Shown here in pieces: positions 59,671-64,000 of a DNA stretch of 64,000 nt (positions are counted from its first letter, which is position 1; each line of letters begins with the position of its first letter). The notes below the pieces were generated by a model, which made no database searches, had not been told where the DNA came from, and saw nothing but the letters and a program-made list of their open reading frames with translations. A program made the translations under genes and the position numbers. Origin of the DNA: Propioniciclava sp. (GTDB taxonomy: Bacteria > Actinomycetota > Actinomycetes > Propionibacteriales > Propionibacteriaceae); assembly GCF_047602245.1 (NCBI RefSeq), contig NZ_JASGHT010000001.1:1463896-1527895 (forward strand), written 5' to 3'.

Positions 59671-60888
59671 TCAGTGGGCGTGCACGGGGTCGGAGTCCGC
59701 GGGGCCACCGACGGTGAGGGCGGCAACGCCGGTGGTGAGCGGGACGCTGAGGATCAGGCCGATGCCGGTGCCGATGGTGCGGACGATCTCCTCGGCGAAC
59801 TGTTCGGTGGACAGCAGCAACCCCAGCGGCTGCTCGTAGAACGCGAGCAGCACCAAGGTGGCGAGCGCGGCGCCGGCGTAGGCGAACACGATCGTGTAGA
59901 TGGTGGACGCGATGTGGTCGCGTCCGATGCGCATGCCCGAGGTGAACAGGTCCCAGCGGGTCAGTTGGGGGCCGGCGGCGCGCAGTTCCCAGACCGCCGA
60001 CGACTGGGTGATGGTGGTGTCGTTGAGGACGCCGAGGCCCGCGATCACCAGGCTGGCGGTGAGCAACGCGGTGAACGAGAGCCCTTCGCTCTGCGAGGCC
60101 AGCGCGATGCTCTCATCGCTGGACAAGCCGCTCAACCGGGCGGCCTGGACGCCGAGCGTGCCCAGTCCGGCGGTCACCAGCAGGCTCACCATGGTGCCCA
60201 CGAACGCCGAGGTGGTGCGCATCGAGATGCCGTGGGCCAGGTAGAGCACCGCGAACATGATCGCCGAGCCGCCGGCCAAAGCGACGGCGAGTGCGGGGCG
60301 TCCGGTCGCGAGCGCGGGAAGCATGAAGCCGAAGAAGACCGCACCCGCCACGATCAGCCCGATCAGCGCCCGCACCCCCTTCCATCCGGCGACGGCGATG
60401 ACGACGGCGACGAAGGCCAGCGCGAACCAGGCCAGCGGCGCCAACCGGTCGACGACGACGAGCGCGTAGACGCTCTGCCCGGGCGACCCCACGTCGGTCA
60501 CCTGGACGCCGTCGCCGACGGTGACCCCGCTGAGCGCGGAGGTGCCGATCAACTCCACCGGCACGACCTTTCCGCTCTGCGCACCGGAGGTGAGTTCGAC
60601 CGCGGCGACCAGGCAGGCGTGCTGCGGAGAGGTGATCATCGAGGGATCGACGCCCTCACATGGTTCGAGCGCGGTCACAACGCCACCGTCGATGGCCGCC
60701 ACCGAGGCGGCCGGGCCCGACACCGACGCGCTCAGCGCCGGACGTTCGCCGGGCCACAGCGTCACCACGCCGACCACGGTCAGCACCGCCACCACCACCA
60801 GCAGCACGACGCTGGCGAGTCTCGCCAGGCGCGGGATCTCGATTCGGGCCGCCGGCCCATGGCTGTGTCCTGCTCCCATGCCTTCCAT
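59671..60888 (-). CDS. YibE/F family membrane protein
   Basis: Multi-TM protein with IGRDHIASTIYTIVFAYAG motif; His-rich N-terminus. Confidence 0.7.
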   Translation of the reverse strand: MEGMGAGHSHGPAARIEIPRLARLASVVLLVVVAVLTVVGVVTLWPGERPALSASVSGPAASVAAIDGGVVTALEPCEGVDPSMITSPQHACLVAAVELTSGAQSGKVVPVELIGTSALSGVTVGDGVQVTDVGSPGQSVYALVVVDRLAPLAWFALAFVAVVIAVAGWKGVRALIGLIVAGAVFFGFMLPALATGRPALAVALAGGSAIMFAVLYLAHGISMRTTSAFVGTMVSLLVTAGLGTLGVQAARLSGLSSDESIALASQSEGLSFTALLTASLVIAGLGVLNDTTITQSSAVWELRAAGPQLTRWDLFTSGMRIGRDHIASTIYTIVFAYAGAALATLVLLAFYEQPLGLLLSTEQFAEEIVRTIGTGIGLILSVPLTTGVAALTVGGPADSDPVHAH

Positions 60889-60931
60889 TGTGGGCCAACG
60901 CCGGGGGCGGGATCGCGCCGGGTGGGGCACC

Positions 60932-61141
60932 ATGGACGCCATGGCCCGTTTCCTGGTGTCGTACCCGTGCGAGGACGCGTGCGGCGAGATCGAGACCGAT
61001 CGGCGCGTCGAGGGGGCGCCGGTCTACCGCTGCCCGGGATGCGACTCGGAGTGGATCGAGGAGCATGAGCGCACCGACCCCGCACCGCCCGCCAAGCCGG
61101 CCGGCTCCGCCGAGGCGAGCGCCACCACCCCGGACGCCTGA
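60932..61141 (+). CDS. small zinc-ribbon-like protein
   Basis: 69 aa with C..C...CPGC pairs and an Ala/Pro-rich tail. Confidence 0.4.
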   Translation: MDAMARFLVSYPCEDACGEIETDRRVEGAPVYRCPGCDSEWIEEHERTDPAPPAKPAGSAEASATTPDA

Positions 61142-61215
61142 CCCAAACGCCCAGCCCGGGCACGGCGCGAACACCACACACCCAAACGCGAGCACCGTCG
61201 CGGAATCACTACTAC

Positions 61216-61232
61216 ACTGAGTCGGACTCAGT
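61216..61232. promoter_or_regulatory. 17-bp perfect palindrome upstream of the kinase gene
   Basis: ACTGAGTC-G-GACTCAGT, ending 27 nt before the ATG at 61259. Confidence 0.35.
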
Positions 61233-61258
61233 CTCCGCCCTCACACCCAAGGACAGGC

Positions 61259-61942
61259 ATGAGCCTCGATGAGCGAATGCGCGCCGCCGCGCTGCTTGAG
61301 CGTGAGCGGATCGCCCGCGAACTGCACGACAGCCTCGCCCAGGTGCTCGGGGTGGCCCATCTGAGACTGCACGCCCTGGCGGCGCGGCCGTCGGTGCGCG
61401 CCGACGAACCCGCCCATCGCGAGGTGCTCGACCTGGCCGAGTTGTGCCACGAGGCGTACGCGGATGTCCGCGAGGCGATTCTCGCCCTGCGCGAGTCCAC
61501 CAACCCCGACCGCACCCTGCTGGAGCACCTGCGCGCCTACGTCGCCACCTTCTCCCGCACCAGCGGCGTCCCCACCAGCCTGGTCGTCCACACCGGCGCC
61601 GAGCCCTGCCTGGCGCCTTGCGCGGAGATCCAGGTGGTCCGGATCATCCAGGAAGCGCTCACCAACGTGCGCAAGCACTCCGGCGCCTCCGGGGCCACGG
61701 TCACCGTGCGCGCCTTGCCTCACCAGGTCGAGTGCACCGTCGCCGACGACGGCGTCGGCTTCGAACCCGCGGACGCCCTCTCCGGCGATGGCTTCGGCCT
61801 GACGTCGATGCGTGAGCGTGCCGAGGCGGCCGGCGGGGGCCTGCACGTCGACTCGGCTCCGGGGCGCGGCACCCGGGTGACCGTACGCGTGCCCGGCCGC
61901 GGCGTCGCGGCGTCCGCACACCCTGCCGAGGCGACCGCATGA
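61259..61942 (+). CDS. HisKA_3-type histidine kinase lacking any sensor or TM region
   Basis: H-box ERERIARELHDSLAQ begins at residue 14. HATPase_c N, G1 and G2 boxes are present; 227 aa in total. Confidence 0.85.
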   Translation: MSLDERMRAAALLERERIARELHDSLAQVLGVAHLRLHALAARPSVRADEPAHREVLDLAELCHEAYADVREAILALRESTNPDRTLLEHLRAYVATFSRTSGVPTSLVVHTGAEPCLAPCAEIQVVRIIQEALTNVRKHSGASGATVTVRALPHQVECTVADDGVGFEPADALSGDGFGLTSMRERAEAAGGGLHVDSAPGRGTRVTVRVPGRGVAASAHPAEATA

Positions 61943-62619
61943 CGGACGCCTTGCTGCCGCGTCCGGCACGCATCCTGATCGCCGACGATCTGCCGCTGTT
62001 CCGCCGCGCGATCGCGCATCTGCTCGACGAACAGCCCGACCTCGTCGTGGTCGGGCAGGCCGGCAATGGCATCGAGGCGATCGAACTGGCCCAGTCGCTG
62101 CAGCCCGACATCGTCCTGTTGGACGTCGAGATGCCGGTCATGGACGGGATCGCCGCAGCCCGCCGGCTGCGCGCACTGGTGCCGGACGCCCGCATCGTGA
62201 TGCTCACCGTCTCCGAGCACGACGATCACCTGATGGAGGCCATCAAACTCGGCGCCCACGGCTACCTGCTGAAGGATCTGCACCCCGACGAGCTCTACGC
62301 CATGCTGCGCGCGGCGATGCGCGACGAGGCGCCGGTCTCCGCCGCCCTGGTCGGACGCCTGCTCACCGCGGTGCGCGATGCGGGCCGGACGCCGGCCGTG
62401 CCGAGCGCACCGGAGGGCGATCTGTCGCGCCGCGAACTGGAGGTGCTGCGCCTGGTCGCCGACGGGCTGTCCAACAAGGAGATCGGCGTCGTGTTGTCGA
62501 TCACCGAGGGCACGGTGAAGAACCACGTGCACCATGCCCTGTCCAAGCTGGGGCTGGAGAACCGGATCCAGGCCGCCGCCTACATCGTCCGCCACGGGCT
62601 GGGGCTGCCGCGCAGCTGA
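61939..62619 (+). CDS. NarL/LuxR-family response regulator
   Basis: REC domain (DD...D...K) plus a GerE HTH ([22 protein letters not shown]); ATGA overlap with the kinase gene. Confidence 0.9.
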   Translation: MTDALLPRPARILIADDLPLFRRAIAHLLDEQPDLVVVGQAGNGIEAIELAQSLQPDIVLLDVEMPVMDGIAAARRLRALVPDARIVMLTVSEHDDHLMEAIKLGAHGYLLKDLHPDELYAMLRAAMRDEAPVSAALVGRLLTAVRDAGRTPAVPSAPEGDLSRRELEVLRLVADGLSNKEIGVVLSITEGTVKNHVHHALSKLGLENRIQAAAYIVRHGLGLPRS

Positions 62620-62686
62620 GCCCGCCCCACGCCGGACGGCGGCGCGCAGCGGCGTCCGCCCACGGGGTGAGGGGCACTGTATCCAT

Positions 62687-62710
62687 CGGCACGGGGTGTG
62701 CCGCTTTTCT
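62687..62710 (+). terminator. intrinsic terminator after the response regulator gene
   Basis: CGGCAC-GGGGT-GTGCCG followed by CTTTTCT. Confidence 0.55.
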
Positions 62711-62793
62711 ACCTCCCGGCAGATATCGGCGCCGCAGCCACCACGACACTATGTAGGAGACAGGAGAGTTGCGCGCCGAGAGGAGGTTCCCGC

Positions 62794-63288
62794 ATGGCCG
62801 GCCAGAAGTCCGCATCGTCGCTGTTCAGCCGCGTCAAGGGTGCCTTCATCATCGTCAGCGGCGGGCTGGTCGGCATCCTGTTCGGCATCGCCATCTTCAC
62901 CTTCGGCTATGCCGGCGGGTGGGCCTACTTCGGCAACGATCCGGCCACCTGTAACCAGTGTCACGCGATGAACGAGCAGTACAACAGCTGGGCCAAGGGC
63001 AGCCACAAGGCCGTCGCCGGCTGCAACGACTGCCACTCACCCCACGACAACATCGTTCACAAGTACCTGAACAAGGCCGACAACGGGTTCTGGCACGCGG
63101 TGAAGTTCACCACGGGCGACTACCCGGAGAACATCAAGATCCGCGAGATGAACCGTGACATCGCACGCGAGAACTGCCTGCACTGTCACGCCGCCATCGT
63201 CTCCGACATCGAAGAACCGCGCATGACCACCCACAACAACCAGATCGACTGTCTCCAGTGTCACGCCGACGTGGGGCACATGAGGTGA
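62794..63288 (+). CDS. nrfH: cytochrome c nitrite reductase small subunit NrfH (tetraheme, NapC/NirT family)
   Basis: N-terminal TM helix and four CXXCH motifs (CNQCH, CNDCH, CLHCH, CLQCH); AGGAGG RBS. Confidence 0.9.
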   Translation: MAGQKSASSLFSRVKGAFIIVSGGLVGILFGIAIFTFGYAGGWAYFGNDPATCNQCHAMNEQYNSWAKGSHKAVAGCNDCHSPHDNIVHKYLNKADNGFWHAVKFTTGDYPENIKIREMNRDIARENCLHCHAAIVSDIEEPRMTTHNNQIDCLQCHADVGHMR

Positions 63289-63294
63289 GCACCT

Positions 63295-64000
63295 ATGGCC
63301 AGTGAATCCAAGAAGAAGAACCGCCTGCTGCTCGCGGCCGCGTTCCTCGTGGCGGGCGCCCTCGTCACGGTGGGCATCGCTTCGCTGCTGATCTCGATCT
63401 TCGAGAAACGCGGCGAAGCCCAGAACCCGTACTTCCGGGTGACCGAGCTCACCGCGACCAGCTACGACCCCGCGACCTGGGGCCAGAACTTCCCGTTGCA
63501 GTACGAGGGGTGGCGCGCGACAGCGCAGATGGAGAACGACGACCAGCAGGTGCAGCAGCCCACCGACACCGATCCGCGCACCATCGTCGCGCACAGCAAG
63601 ATCGAGCAGGACCCGAGGCTGGTCACCATGTGGCAGGGCTACGCCTTCTCGACCGACTACCGGCACCCGCGCGGTCACGCCTACATGCTGGAGGACCAGC
63701 GGCTCACCAAGCGCGTCACCAGCCCGCAGTTCAAGCAGCCGGGCGCCTGCCTCAACTGCCATGCCTCCACCGTCGAGGTGATGGACACCCTCGGCAACGG
63801 CGACCAGACGGCCGGCTGGCACGCGATGAACAAGATGAGCTACCAGGAGGCCACCCAGCTGGCCAAGCACCCGGTGGCCTGCATCGACTGCCACGATCCG
63901 AAGACGATGGCGCTGCGCGTCACCCGCCCGGCGTTCGAGATCGGCATCGCCGCGTACAAGGCGGGCCAGGGCATCAAGGACTACGACGTCAACACGATGG
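63295..64000 (+). CDS. nrfA: ammonia-forming cytochrome c nitrite reductase NrfA, 3' end outside window
   Basis: Not in the ORF track because no stop falls in the window. Translated by hand: signal anchor, YAFSTDYRHPRGHAYML, ACLNCH, ACIDCH; collinear with E. coli NrfA. Confidence 0.88.
   Translation, partial: MASESKKKNRLLLAAAFLVAGALVTVGIASLLISIFEKRGEAQNPYFRVTELTATSYDPATWGQNFPLQYEGWRATAQMENDDQQVQQPTDTDPRTIVAHSKIEQDPRLVTMWQGYAFSTDYRHPRGHAYMLEDQRLTKRVTSPQFKQPGACLNCHASTVEVMDTLGNGDQTAGWHAMNKMSYQEATQLAKHPVACIDCHDPKTMALRVTRPAFEIGIAAYKAGQGIKDYDVNTM

Overview
High-GC (about 70%) actinobacterial chromosome segment with about 60 protein genes, 3 tRNAs and one integrated prophage. Host genes, left to right: glnS (5' truncated), MFS transporter, beta-CASP MBL hydrolase, GNAT, TspO, CtlX-like hydrolase, a frameshifted SRPBCC-epimerase gene, an SRPBCC-ArsR-SRPBCC cassette, LuxR regulator, arcA, SF2 helicase, DUF305, NUDIX, DUF5302, ald. 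After the prophage come VOC, tRNA-Ser, tRNA-Trp, rtcB, HNH nuclease, tadA with its acidic partner, GNAT, MFS, a glycerophosphodiesterase, ethanolamine permease-eutB-eutC, DUF885, PIG-L deacetylase, CueP, LysR/EamA, a 1847-aa single-chain biotin carboxylase, YibE/F, a minimal HisKA_3 kinase with a NarL-type regulator, and nrfH-nrfA (3' truncated). The main accessory feature is a very small (16.2 kb) siphovirus-like prophage at 18734-34932, bounded by 35-bp direct repeats in tRNA-Arg(ACG). Its XRE repressor gene runs across the attachment core. Excision would therefore restore a longer repressor ORF that ends 1 nt before the next gene. This is the signature of integration-dependent immunity described for some mycobacteriophages. 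Other points worth a second look: a roughly 90-nt hairpin element present twice with compensatory base-pair swaps, a 174-bp nested palindrome, a 650-bp structured non-coding tract between two tRNAs, a sensor-less histidine kinase, and an NrfA with CXXCH at heme 1. All calls rest on reading the sequence and recalling protein families; no database search was run.
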